The position numbers were made by a program, and so were the translations under genes. Of a stretch of 39,768 nucleotides of DNA, positions 32,393-39,768 are shown piece after piece; position 1 is the stretch's first letter; every line of letters begins with the position of its first letter. Location of the stretch: positions 1 to 39,768 of IMG/VR virus record IMGVR_UViG_3300011270_000004, one strand, 5' to 3'. Source of the stretch: a virus. Below the pieces are notes generated by a model. The model had not been told where the DNA came from and made no database searches. It saw only the letters and a list, made by a program, of their open reading frames with translations.

Positions 32393-33015
32393 TGTCAGGT
32401 GAATGCGAAAACTGTTGTGAGTACACCTTGGACTATATGTTTGGTAAAAAACACAAATACAAAATAATAAAAAAGGAACACAAGTGGACAAAAGAACACA
32501 AACTTAAATTTTGTGGTGATGGAGAGTGGGTAGATGAAGAAGATATGATATTAATTGAATATTTGGGTTATGAAGCTAAGATTAATAGAGCCTTCATAAA
32601 AGAACCATTTTCAGAGGAAGAAGCTTGGTTCGGAGGACATGTTTGTGGTTACGTAAAAATTCCTGAAAATCATCCTTATTTTAAAAAAGAAAATATAGAT
32701 TTAGAATGTCATGGTGGAATCACTTTTTATGATGAGAAAGTCAATGGAGATTATTGGATAGGATTTGATTGTGCCCATGAACGTGATTATGTTCCTACAA
32801 TCGAGTTTTTTATAAAGAATAATAAAGAATTTTCCTCATGGAGAAAAAAAATTGCTCTTCCTGAAGGATATGAGAAGTTTTCTATATTTAATCCACAATA
32901 TAGGAATGTCCAATACTGCATAGATCAATGCGTGGAAATGATAAATCAGCTAATAAAAATAAAAGATGAAATAAACGTTGAAATTGAATTACCTAAAGAT
33001 ATTTCTTGTCCCTAA
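32392..33015 (+). CDS. Conserved phage protein of unknown function. The start is at the TAATG overlap.
   Basis: In frame with track ORF 32353..33015, with SD GAAGGAGGA upstream. The motif GGHVCGYVKIPENHPYF...ECHGGITF...WIGFDCAH recurs in many phage hypothetical proteins (recalled from memory). Confidence 0.5.
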   Translation: MSGECENCCEYTLDYMFGKKHKYKIIKKEHKWTKEHKLKFCGDGEWVDEEDMILIEYLGYEAKINRAFIKEPFSEEEAWFGGHVCGYVKIPENHPYFKKENIDLECHGGITFYDEKVNGDYWIGFDCAHERDYVPTIEFFIKNNKEFSSWRKKIALPEGYEKFSIFNPQYRNVQYCIDQCVEMINQLIKIKDEINVEIELPKDISCP

Positions 33016-33091
33016 AACTCGTAGAGAGGTGTTTTTTTGCAACATAACGTATATTATCGGACTGTAAAGGAAAAGAAAATGGAAAATCCAA

Positions 33092-33316
33092 ATGAAATTT
33101 GCAATGCCTTATAACACAAGTTTAGAAATAAGACCTTCTTTACCCTTAACATATGATGAAGAAGAGGAAATAGGCATAGATGAAGAAAGAGAAGATTTAG
33201 TGTGGAATGTCTACTGGGGTGATAAAATGCTGCCTTGGAGTTCTAAAACAAGAAATCAAGCATATACTATAGCATTAGGCTGTCAATGGGGCGCACATGA
33301 GATGAAATTGTTATAA
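33092..33316 (+). CDS. Hypothetical protein.
   Basis: Track ORF, 74 aa. Confidence 0.45.
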   Translation: MKFAMPYNTSLEIRPSLPLTYDEEEEIGIDEEREDLVWNVYWGDKMLPWSSKTRNQAYTIALGCQWGAHEMKLL

Positions 33317-33459
33317 TGATAAAAACAGCAAAAATGTATTTGAAAAAGCATGGGAAAATATCCATACCATTTCTTCAAGCAAAACTTAATCTATCTTATG
33401 AAGGTGCTAAAACGCTTTATGAGCAAGTTACGAAAAAAAACATTAACAAAAACCCATGA
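33316..33459 (+). CDS. Small winged-helix protein (FtsK-gamma-like), 47 aa.
   Basis: Hand-translated: MIKTAKMYLKKHGKISIPFLQAKLNLSYEGAKTLYEQVTKKNINKNP*. It has a TAATG overlap with the upstream gene. Confidence 0.4.
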   Translation: MIKTAKMYLKKHGKISIPFLQAKLNLSYEGAKTLYEQVTKKNINKNP

Positions 33460-33673
33460 ATGCTGTTCCTGCGGATTAAAACATCAGAAAGTAGAATGTC
33501 AAGGAATGTGGTATTGCCCGAATGCTTTATGTAGCGGTCCTGGAGGAGCATGGTTTAGGAAAACTTTAAAAAGTTATAGAGATATTTTAAATTCCAGGCA
33601 TACTGTCGATCCATATGAATTAAAGAAAAAAGGTGAAAAATACAACAAAAAAAATGAGATCAAAATCAAATGA
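33419..33673 (+). CDS. Cys-rich small protein. An internal start of track ORF 33350..33673 is preferred.
   Basis: MSKLRKKTLTKTHECCSCGLKHQKVECQGMWYCPNALCSG is zinc-ribbon-like. The upstream part of the track ORF overlaps 33316..33459 in another frame. Confidence 0.4.
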   Translation: MSKLRKKTLTKTHECCSCGLKHQKVECQGMWYCPNALCSGPGGAWFRKTLKSYRDILNSRHTVDPYELKKKGEKYNKKNEIKIK

Positions 33674-33858
33674 AAATAGAATGTACCAAATCTGAATGGG
33701 AGTTATTACAAATCTTTTTGATACACGGTGAATTCAAAACAACAACCCGTTATTAATACCCAGATTTTTTATGTGAAACCTCTGATTATGACGACACTAT
33801 ATTTCTTTCAATCACAGGTAAATTTATAGACGAGGAAATTAAGGAGAAAAATAAATGA
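33670..33858 (+). pseudogene. 62-codon ORF interrupted by an in-frame TAA (33754..33756).
   Basis: MKIECTKSEWELLQIFLIHGEFKTTTRY*YPDFLCETSDYDDTIFLSITGKFIDEEIKEKNK*. It has ATGA overlaps with both neighbours, and the second half has no start codon of its own. Confidence 0.35.
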
Positions 33859-34325
33859 CAAAACAAAAAACAGATAAATCTACACTAAAGGAAAAACAAA
33901 TGATTAATAAATTTGAAGAATATTACAAAGACAATGATGAACGAAGTAAACAATTTTCTATGTATGTTCATATGAATTTTAGATTAATCTTAACTAAGAT
34001 GCTTTCTGAGATGAGAAGAAAACTAGATATAGTGCCTGATCTAGAAAGTACAGAAGGATATATATCTTTAATGGTGACATTGCAGGTTCGTCTTTTCAAT
34101 GAAATGATATATAGTTTGTGTGAAACTTTTCAGTCAACTCATATTAAGGCAAAACTTGTTATCCCTGAAATGACGATAAAATTGTTTAATGATCTTTTAG
34201 AGGATAAAATTTATTTAATTCAAGAAGATTCTGAAGTCAGATTCATAGATCAGGACACATTTAATAAATATTATTTAGAAAATATTGATCAACTCAGAAA
34301 AAACCAATATTATCTACCAAAATAA
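33855..34325 (+). CDS. Hypothetical protein.
   Basis: Track ORF, 156 aa, with SD AAGGAGAAAAATAAATG. Confidence 0.5.
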   Translation: MTKQKTDKSTLKEKQMINKFEEYYKDNDERSKQFSMYVHMNFRLILTKMLSEMRRKLDIVPDLESTEGYISLMVTLQVRLFNEMIYSLCETFQSTHIKAKLVIPEMTIKLFNDLLEDKIYLIQEDSEVRFIDQDTFNKYYLENIDQLRKNQYYLPK

Positions 34326-34412
34326 TAAAAAAAATGGGAAAAGAATGAAAAATACTAAATATTCACTCACAGGAAAATTTGTAGATGAAGATAAATTTGA
34401 GGAAAAAAACAA

Positions 34413-34586
34413 ATGAAACATATTTTAGTTGTATTGATTGCATTTATTCTTGTTGGATGTTCACGCCATAAATATGCGTACCAAGAGTCTTGTGATGTTG
34501 TTATGACGTCATCAGATTTAATTAATCAAAGTTCTAGCCCTGGAATGAATTTTTCAAAAGGGAAAAAACAAGAAAAAATTCCGTAA
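34413..34586 (+). CDS. Small lipoprotein (57 aa, below the track cutoff).
   Basis: Hand-translated: MKHILVVLIAFILVGCSRHKYAYQESCDVVM... It has an LVGC lipobox and shares the ESC(D/Q)VV motif with 34926..35249. Confidence 0.5.
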   Translation: MKHILVVLIAFILVGCSRHKYAYQESCDVVMTSSDLINQSSSPGMNFSKGKKQEKIP

Positions 34587-34598
34587 ATATGGAGGAGA

Positions 34599-34781
34599 AT
34601 GACAAAAAAAAATACAGAGATACATCAAACTTCACCTGAATTGTTGAAGCATTTTAAGGGCCTTCTTGTTCTTAAAGAAGATATTAGGCTTGAAATTGGA
34701 AAATATGAAGATTTTCCAAGAGTTAGTGGCTTATTAGTAAAGCTATATGAAAAATTAGATGCACTTATCAAACAGGAGTAA
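34599..34781 (+). CDS. Hypothetical protein.
   Basis: Track ORF, 60 aa, with SD GGAGGAG. Confidence 0.45.
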   Translation: MTKKNTEIHQTSPELLKHFKGLLVLKEDIRLEIGKYEDFPRVSGLLVKLYEKLDALIKQE

Positions 34782-34786
34782 ACATA

Positions 34787-34885
34787 ATGAAAACCCTTCT
34801 TATTATATTGACAGTCTTATCCTGCGTTACAGTCAATCTTACAACTGAAACATATACCATTGATGGAAATGGATGTGTAAAATGA
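34787..34885 (+). CDS. Mini lipoprotein-like peptide (32 aa).
   Basis: Hand-translated: MKTLLIILTVLSCVTVNLTTETYTIDGNGCVK*. It has a signal-like N-terminus with LSC. Confidence 0.3.
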   Translation: MKTLLIILTVLSCVTVNLTTETYTIDGNGCVK

Positions 34886-34925
34886 GAATGCCTTACCAAA
34901 CCAAGATATTAATGGAGAAAAATAA

Positions 34926-35249
34926 ATGAAACCAATTTTAACAGTACTGGCGGCCATCTTTCTTTTTGGATGTTCAGGAACGCATCATTCAAACTCACGG
35001 TCATTTCAGGCACACTCAGCACATGCCTTTAATTATGATGGTTCTGCATATGTAGAATCATGTCAGGTTGTTTTGCTTGCAAGAGAATTAACAGATAAAG
35101 AGATTGAAGATGCCCTAAATGGCCCAGGAAGTGGTTTTCATGATTCCAAAGAGGCTGCTGAAAATTCAGATAAATATGTATTGGATTATTACGAAATGGA
35201 TGATGGAACCATTATTATAATTGACAATGAAATCCACATAATATCATGA
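34926..35249 (+). CDS. Small lipoprotein.
   Basis: Track ORF, 107 aa. MKPILTVLAAIFLFGCSG is a signal peptide with a lipobox. Confidence 0.6.
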   Translation: MKPILTVLAAIFLFGCSGTHHSNSRSFQAHSAHAFNYDGSAYVESCQVVLLARELTDKEIEDALNGPGSGFHDSKEAAENSDKYVLDYYEMDDGTIIIIDNEIHIIS

Positions 35250-35599
35250 TACGTATATTGTTTTTGGCATGCATTTCACTCTTTTCATATCCTCAGTATG
35301 ATCTGCATGCCGTTTTTGAAGAAAACGAAGATATTTATTATGCACATAAAGAGAAAGAAAATGATTTTACGTATGTGATTGTTGGTTATACTTGTATCAC
35401 GCACCCTGTGGAATTACAAGCCTTCATGATTATGCACACAAAAAAGGTAAAATTTAATGTATATGTATTGGATTATTGGGATGTAGAATTTCAAAATCTC
35501 ACTGCCTATGTTATAGTAAAAAAATTCAAACCTGTACCATTAGAAGCAGCTAAAATGATATTTTTATATGATTTCACTAATGATAATTATGGGTTTTAG
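35246..35599 (+). CDS. Secreted/lipoprotein-like small protein.
   Basis: Track ORF, 117 aa, with N-terminus MIRILFLACISLFS and an ATGA overlap with the upstream gene. Confidence 0.5.
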   Translation: MIRILFLACISLFSYPQYDLHAVFEENEDIYYAHKEKENDFTYVIVGYTCITHPVELQAFMIMHTKKVKFNVYVLDYWDVEFQNLTAYVIVKKFKPVPLEAAKMIFLYDFTNDNYGF

Positions 35600-35605
35600 C
35601 CTACA

Positions 35606-35626
35606 CGGGCGGCTGATAGCCGCCCG
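35606..35626. terminator. GC-rich hairpin between convergent operons (bidirectional terminator candidate).
   Basis: CGGGCGGC-tgata-GCCGCCCG. This is the only GC-rich stem in the 45-nt gap between 35599 (+) and 35645 (-). Confidence 0.55.
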
Positions 35627-35644
35627 AATCCTTTGAGAGTTACA

Positions 35645-36031
35645 CTAAACAATTTTTGATTCAATTGTTGCTTTAGATAATCCAGTAATATCCATATGCT
35701 CCTTCATCTTAATTTCATAAGAAGGAGTATCTTTGAGTTGTTTGAAGGATTGGATCATATCAGGATGCATATAAACATCATCTTTAGCAATTTTAGATTT
35801 TACAACTGAAACTGATATATTTGACCTGTGAGACTGGATCGGTACATATATAGAGGGTTGGTACTGTGGTGTCACTTTTACGCGATTGTATTCAACGTGG
35901 TTGATTGGATGAAGTTGTCCCTCAGTATATATACATTCAATCTGGCGAATACAGTTATCATCAAATTCAAATGAGACTAACTTGTCGGGATACATTTTTT
36001 TAAAGAATTCTTGTGCTTCGAAAAAGTTCAT
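35645..36031 (-). CDS. Hypothetical protein (last gene of the fibre cassette).
   Basis: Track ORF, 128 aa. Confidence 0.5.
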   Translation of the reverse strand: MNFFEAQEFFKKMYPDKLVSFEFDDNCIRQIECIYTEGQLHPINHVEYNRVKVTPQYQPSIYVPIQSHRSNISVSVVKSKIAKDDVYMHPDMIQSFKQLKDTPSYEIKMKEHMDITGLSKATIESKIV

Positions 36032-36039
36032 TTTATCTC

Positions 36040-37383
36040 CTAGATCTCATGTGTAAAATTGTAAGAAAAATTAAATGCCGCATTAGCCATCAATAAATTT
36101 GAAGCTATACCAGCTGTTCCGTTACCAATGATCAAAGATGTAGTTGTATTAAGTTGTGGATTAAATTGTAACATTGTTGCAGATGCTGGCCAAGTCCATC
36201 CCGCAGCATTTCCATTAGCAGTTGCTCCAGGACATCCCCCATTCGTCTGATTTTTAATTGTGAAAGGCAACCCTCCAAATGTTGCACCACCCGTACCCGT
36301 TGCTCCAGTTCCAATAAGTTGACCTTGTACTATAGCACAAGTTCCTATCCTACGATAATAACCGTTTTGACTTGAATATGTCGTTGTACCTGCTGTTGAC
36401 GCTCCAATTACTGTGGGTGTAAAAGTTCCCTCTACATAAGCACTCATTAAATTAGTGCCTCCATCAAAAGAAATACCGCCTATATCGAGTTGACCCACTG
36501 TTTGTGTAGATGTATTTATTTTATAACTTGAACTTGTAAAGGAAATACCAGAATTTACTAACGTACCAGCCCCTGTAATTGCATTGGTATTAGAGCTAGA
36601 AACAGCACAATTAGACATTGACAATGTTGATCCGATCGAGATCGCAGATGATGAACCGCCGGAAATCGAACTATTATATACAATTGAATTTGTAGCACTG
36701 CCTCCATGTGTTATCATAGTTGCATTTGCAGCCGAAGGTGCTAAAATACAATTTTGTATCTGTAGAACAGCCGTTGATGTTGTTGTGACAGGTACAGTAA
36801 TTTTACTGAACATAATCGTAATAATGCCGGCAGATGCTGAACTCGCTGTCGTTGATAATCCAGTGTTTTCTAAATCACAATTTTCAAAAACAATTCCGAC
36901 AGCTCCGGTATTCACGAAATAAGTGATACCTGTTGTTCCAATATTTCCTGTGGAATTATAAACATTCACACCCGATGATGCACCCGATGTTGTGTATGAT
37001 ATACCAGTATTATTTAAACAATTTAAATTGCAGTTTATAAAATCTACAACAGAGTTTGCAGAACCTGAAACCACAAGAAAAAAATCTGAATTTGTAATAA
37101 GTTGTATGTTAGATATTGTGACAACTCCGGCAGCTGTCATTGTAAGTTTTCCAGTAATACTGACATTAGGTGTTCCTATTCCTGCACCGGAATAACCCAT
37201 GATATTGACACCAGGTGTCAGAGTGACATTCTCAGTTACAGAAGTCTGTATCAAGATTGTATCTCCGGAAGATGCTGAAGTCATGGCACTAGCTAAGGTT
37301 GTGTGGGTACCCTTTGTAGCATTGCTATTGACTATCCATGTAGCAGCTGTAAAAGTGTTGGTAGATAATATTTGTTGTGCCAT
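36040..37383 (-). CDS. Beta-helix tail spike/fibre protein. The start is moved to the ATG at 37383.
   Basis: In frame with track ORF 36040..37476, with SD TAGGAGA upstream of 37383. MAQQILSTNTFTAATWIV...SSGDTILIQTSVTENVTLTPGVNIMGY is followed by N/S/T/G-rich repeats typical of right-handed beta-helix spikes. Confidence 0.6.
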   Translation of the reverse strand: MAQQILSTNTFTAATWIVNSNATKGTHTTLASAMTSASSGDTILIQTSVTENVTLTPGVNIMGYSGAGIGTPNVSITGKLTMTAAGVVTISNIQLITNSDFFLVVSGSANSVVDFINCNLNCLNNTGISYTTSGASSGVNVYNSTGNIGTTGITYFVNTGAVGIVFENCDLENTGLSTTASSASAGIITIMFSKITVPVTTTSTAVLQIQNCILAPSAANATMITHGGSATNSIVYNSSISGGSSSAISIGSTLSMSNCAVSSSNTNAITGAGTLVNSGISFTSSSYKINTSTQTVGQLDIGGISFDGGTNLMSAYVEGTFTPTVIGASTAGTTTYSSQNGYYRRIGTCAIVQGQLIGTGATGTGGATFGGLPFTIKNQTNGGCPGATANGNAAGWTWPASATMLQFNPQLNTTTSLIIGNGTAGIASNLLMANAAFNFSYNFTHEI

Positions 37384-37391
37384 GCTATCTC

Positions 37392-38168
37392 CTAAGTTAC
37401 AGTCCAGTTTCCTACAAATGATTTGGCTCGCCAGACTGTAGAAGCCCCAGCAGTAATACAAATAAATGTCGCACAATCGCCCACATTGGTTCCAGCAACA
37501 GAACCAGTGATTCCAACCGTGCTAGAAGCAGATGCCATTAATATTTGTTGATTAGCATTTTGAGCAATTGTTGTAATGCCAAGCTTGCCGACAATGATAA
37601 ATGTATCGCCTAAAGCTGCTGTGGCTGGCAATGTATATGTTACGTTTGTATGATCGGTAACATATCCTGTTTGAATAGCAATTGTTTGTGTGGCAGTTGT
37701 AACATCAACCCAAGCAAAACCACCTGATACAATTGATGTAAATCCATTAGAATCTACAGAGAAATTGGAGCTATTGAAATGGCAAATTCCATTTTTGGTA
37801 ACTAGAGAAGAGGCATTTGTTGTACTAATTTGAAGCAAAACTGCCAGGGTATTGGCAGCAGAACTGTTAATATCAACAACCTTCGTTCCAAAAGAACCTG
37901 TAACATATTGACCGCCAGTTATTGTTATAGCCCCTGAACCATTAGCTAAAACAGGATTTGTACCTGCGCCCGATGCAGAATCAACGTTAACAGAACTTAT
38001 TCCTGTATTACCGCCAATCAAAGCAATAGTAGTATTACCAGCAACACCACTGGCATTAGTTAGAGTGATCCCAGCACCAGCCTGAAAAGTCCGACCTGAA
38101 AATGTAGCAGTGCCATCGAATGCAACATAACCCGATTGCGAAATATTTAAATCATTGCCTGTGCCCAT
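37392..38168 (-). CDS. Fibre-like G/T/S/N-rich protein.
   Basis: Track ORF, 258 aa. It ends ...FVGNWTVT*, like the next gene, which ends ...MGSWTVT*. Confidence 0.6.
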   Translation of the reverse strand: MGTGNDLNISQSGYVAFDGTATFSGRTFQAGAGITLTNASGVAGNTTIALIGGNTGISSVNVDSASGAGTNPVLANGSGAITITGGQYVTGSFGTKVVDINSSAANTLAVLLQISTTNASSLVTKNGICHFNSSNFSVDSNGFTSIVSGGFAWVDVTTATQTIAIQTGYVTDHTNVTYTLPATAALGDTFIIVGKLGITTIAQNANQQILMASASSTVGITGSVAGTNVGDCATFICITAGASTVWRAKSFVGNWTVT

Positions 38169-38175
38169 CTAAATC

Positions 38176-38676
38176 CTATGTTACAGTCCAAGAGCCCATT
38201 GATGAAATAGTGTGCCAGGTTAAATCACTTGGTTTAAAGACTAATTCCAACAAAGCTCCTTGAGTGTTACTTGCAGCTGTACCACCGGCTGCTGAAATAA
38301 GAGAACCTACTTGTATCATTTCACCCGTGTTCGCTTGAATAGTTACTGTTGATGCTGTATCTACGAAAAAGATGATAGAATTTCCAATCACAAGACCACC
38401 GGAAGCTGGCAATGAAGCTGTCAACAATGCATTACAGAAATATCCATTTTGAACCATAGCGTTAAAATTTATATTTTTCTCTGACCAAGCGAAACCATCA
38501 TTTTTCACAGTAACAACAATTGTATTTCCTGATCCCGATGTTGTTGCTCCAGTACCCCCATTGACATTAAGAATATTTGCCGCTGGCACAGCTGTGCCAG
38601 AATCAGTTACATAGCTAGTTGCAACAGTAGGAGGAACCGGACCAGATGAAGTACTTAAGATGCCTGCTTGGCTCAT
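38176..38676 (-). CDS. Fibre-like G/T/S-rich protein.
   Basis: Track ORF, 166 aa, with an ATGA overlap with the upstream gene and the shared C-terminal GSWTVT. Confidence 0.6.
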   Translation of the reverse strand: MSQAGILSTSSGPVPPTVATSYVTDSGTAVPAANILNVNGGTGATTSGSGNTIVVTVKNDGFAWSEKNINFNAMVQNGYFCNALLTASLPASGGLVIGNSIIFFVDTASTVTIQANTGEMIQVGSLISAAGGTAASNTQGALLELVFKPSDLTWHTISSMGSWTVT

Positions 38677-38999
38677 ATAATGTATTGCACCACTAAATAA
38701 ATAAGACCGGTTCCAGCAGTTCCTTTGACATAAATTTGTGTGCCAGCTGGCAATGATTGTCCAGCCGGAGGAACTGAACCTTGCGTTTCATCATAAAGCC
38801 AATATGAATTACCAGGAGCGACATCATAATCATTCACCCCATCATTTGAAATTGTCACGAGAGAAGTGGAATTATTTACCATTTTGACTTTATAAGCTGG
38901 ATTAACAAGAGGTGTCCCAAGAGCTTGATAACTACCTGTTAATGTCGCTGAGTCAATACTTCTTAAAGTTTCCCACGCTATTCTTTGGCCGAATCCCAT
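38673..38999 (-). CDS. Small structural protein.
   Basis: Track ORF, 108 aa, tightly packed within the fibre cassette. Confidence 0.5.
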   Translation of the reverse strand: MGFGQRIAWETLRSIDSATLTGSYQALGTPLVNPAYKVKMVNNSTSLVTISNDGVNDYDVAPGNSYWLYDETQGSVPPAGQSLPAGTQIYVKGTAGTGLIYLVVQYII

Positions 39000-39000
39000 T

Positions 39001-39222
39001 TTATTCCTTTGGCAGATCCTCTTTTGAAACTTCTGTCGATGATGTTTCTACAGAAAGTTTTTCAGATTCTTTTTGTTTTGCTTCATCTTCAAGTTGACCT
39101 AAATATTTAAGAAATTGAAATGCCATTTCCTTAGCAACTTGTACAGGCGTATCATACTCTAAAAGAAAATCACCCTTTTTTCCTTCGATAAGATATTCGA
39201 ATTTTAAAACTTGTTTTATCAT
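39001..39222 (-). CDS. Small acidic protein (fibre assembly chaperone candidate). The start is at the ATG at 39222.
   Basis: In frame with track ORF 39001..39246. The SD AAGGAG lies 5 nt upstream of 39222, and this start avoids overlap with the fibre stop. The tail is acidic: EDEAKQKESEKLSVETSSTEVSKEDLPKE. Confidence 0.5.
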   Translation of the reverse strand: MIKQVLKFEYLIEGKKGDFLLEYDTPVQVAKEMAFQFLKYLGQLEDEAKQKESEKLSVETSSTEVSKEDLPKE

Positions 39223-39230
39223 GGTTCTCC

Positions 39231-39768
39231 TTATGAAATTACCCAAAATGTGATAAGAACGTTATCACCTGCACCTAAAGCACCAGAACCATTGTTCTTA
39301 GTGTTCACGATAAATTGACCAGCAGATTGTGTTATTCCTACCAGACTCATTTGTGCATTATTTGTAGATGCATTTAGGTTTTGAACAGTAACAATTATTC
39401 CTGAAGTTGTAAGAACAGTACTGTTCGAAACTGTAAATGCCTGTGTTCCTGCTGCTGCTGTTGAAAATCCCGTAAAGGTTGCAACACCAACCCGATTGTT
39501 CATAGTTACGCTTGCAGTCGGTGATGCGGTTGAAGAAGTTGCTGGAACCATCTGAACATTACCAGCAGCACTTAATTTAAGACCTGTAGCGCCGGTCCCT
39601 GCTTGCAGAGTAAGAGCCGATGTTGAGTTTGTGCTACCAACTGATATAGTATTAACAGAGGCTGCATTGCCCATAGTAATTGTGTTAGTTCCTGCACCGT
39701 CACAAATATGAAGAATATTGCCTCCTGTTCCAGTAGATATATTGGTCGTATTAACACCATTACCAATA
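39231..39768 (-). CDS. C-terminal part of the same tail-fibre ORF (track ORF 39231..39674, extended to the right window edge).
   Basis: The frame of the track ORF stays open up to 39768. Because 39646..39768 duplicates 1..123, the 'start' Met at 39674 is the internal Met at position 29 of the 1..2132 ORF, and 2132-29 is a multiple of 3. The protein ends ...GDNVLITFWVIS*. Confidence 0.8.
   Translation of the reverse strand, partial: IGNGVNTTNISTGTGGNILHICDGAGTNTITMGNAASVNTISVGSTNSTSALTLQAGTGATGLKLSAAGNVQMVPATSSTASPTASVTMNNRVGVATFTGFSTAAAGTQAFTVSNSTVLTTSGIIVTVQNLNASTNNAQMSLVGITQSAGQFIVNTKNNGSGALGAGDNVLITFWVIS
39646..39768. repeat. Terminal overlap, identical to 1..123.
   Basis: Same comparison as for 1..123. 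The offset of 39,645 bp gives the genome unit length. Confidence 0.95.

Noticed and set aside
39646-39768. The 123-bp terminal repeat as a genuine T7-like direct terminal repeat.
   Set aside because: It lies in the middle of the fibre ORF and is needed to keep that ORF in frame across the junction. A circular-assembly overlap is the simpler reading, although read-end analysis is needed to be sure.

Overview
The window is one complete, circularly closed, AT-rich dsDNA phage genome. The unit length is 39,645 bp, because bases 1..123 are repeated exactly at 39646..39768.

Layout:
- (i) A leftward late block covers 25532->3653. It encodes small and large terminase, portal, small basic proteins, scaffold, major capsid protein (MCP), decoration-like proteins, podovirus-like tail/nozzle proteins and internal proteins.
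- (ii) A leftward fibre cassette (36040..39768) wraps the window edge into 1..2132.
- (iii) A leftward regulation/replication block covers 29693->26219: a Cro/CI-like HTH protein, an iteron origin, an O/DnaD-like initiator, an XRE-type HTH protein and RusA.
- (iv) A rightward early block (29901..35599) holds about 20 small genes, including SSB-like and Gp157-like proteins and small lipoproteins.
- (v) A short rightward block (2274..3599) holds an Xis-like HTH protein and three small membrane proteins.

I recognised no integrase, DNA polymerase, reverse transcriptase, tRNA or CRISPR array by eye.

The most unusual feature is that the MCP gene is split by 1,208 nt (16064..17271). This insert holds two to three tandem, partly duplicated, ORF-carrying structured-RNA elements that look like self-splicing (group-I-like) introns. 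They are separated by a 60-nt pseudo-exon that carries an in-frame stop. Joining the outer splice sites restores a 327-aa HK97-type MCP.

Other points of interest:
- A roughly 848-aa repetitive fibre ORF is absent from the ORF track because it crosses the window edge.
- There are two different iteron sets, one of them inside the initiator gene.
- Two early leaders share a conserved box.
- Two opposite-strand genes sit inside the late operon.
- There is a cluster of small lipoproteins.

Functional names rest on motif recognition from memory, not on database searches.
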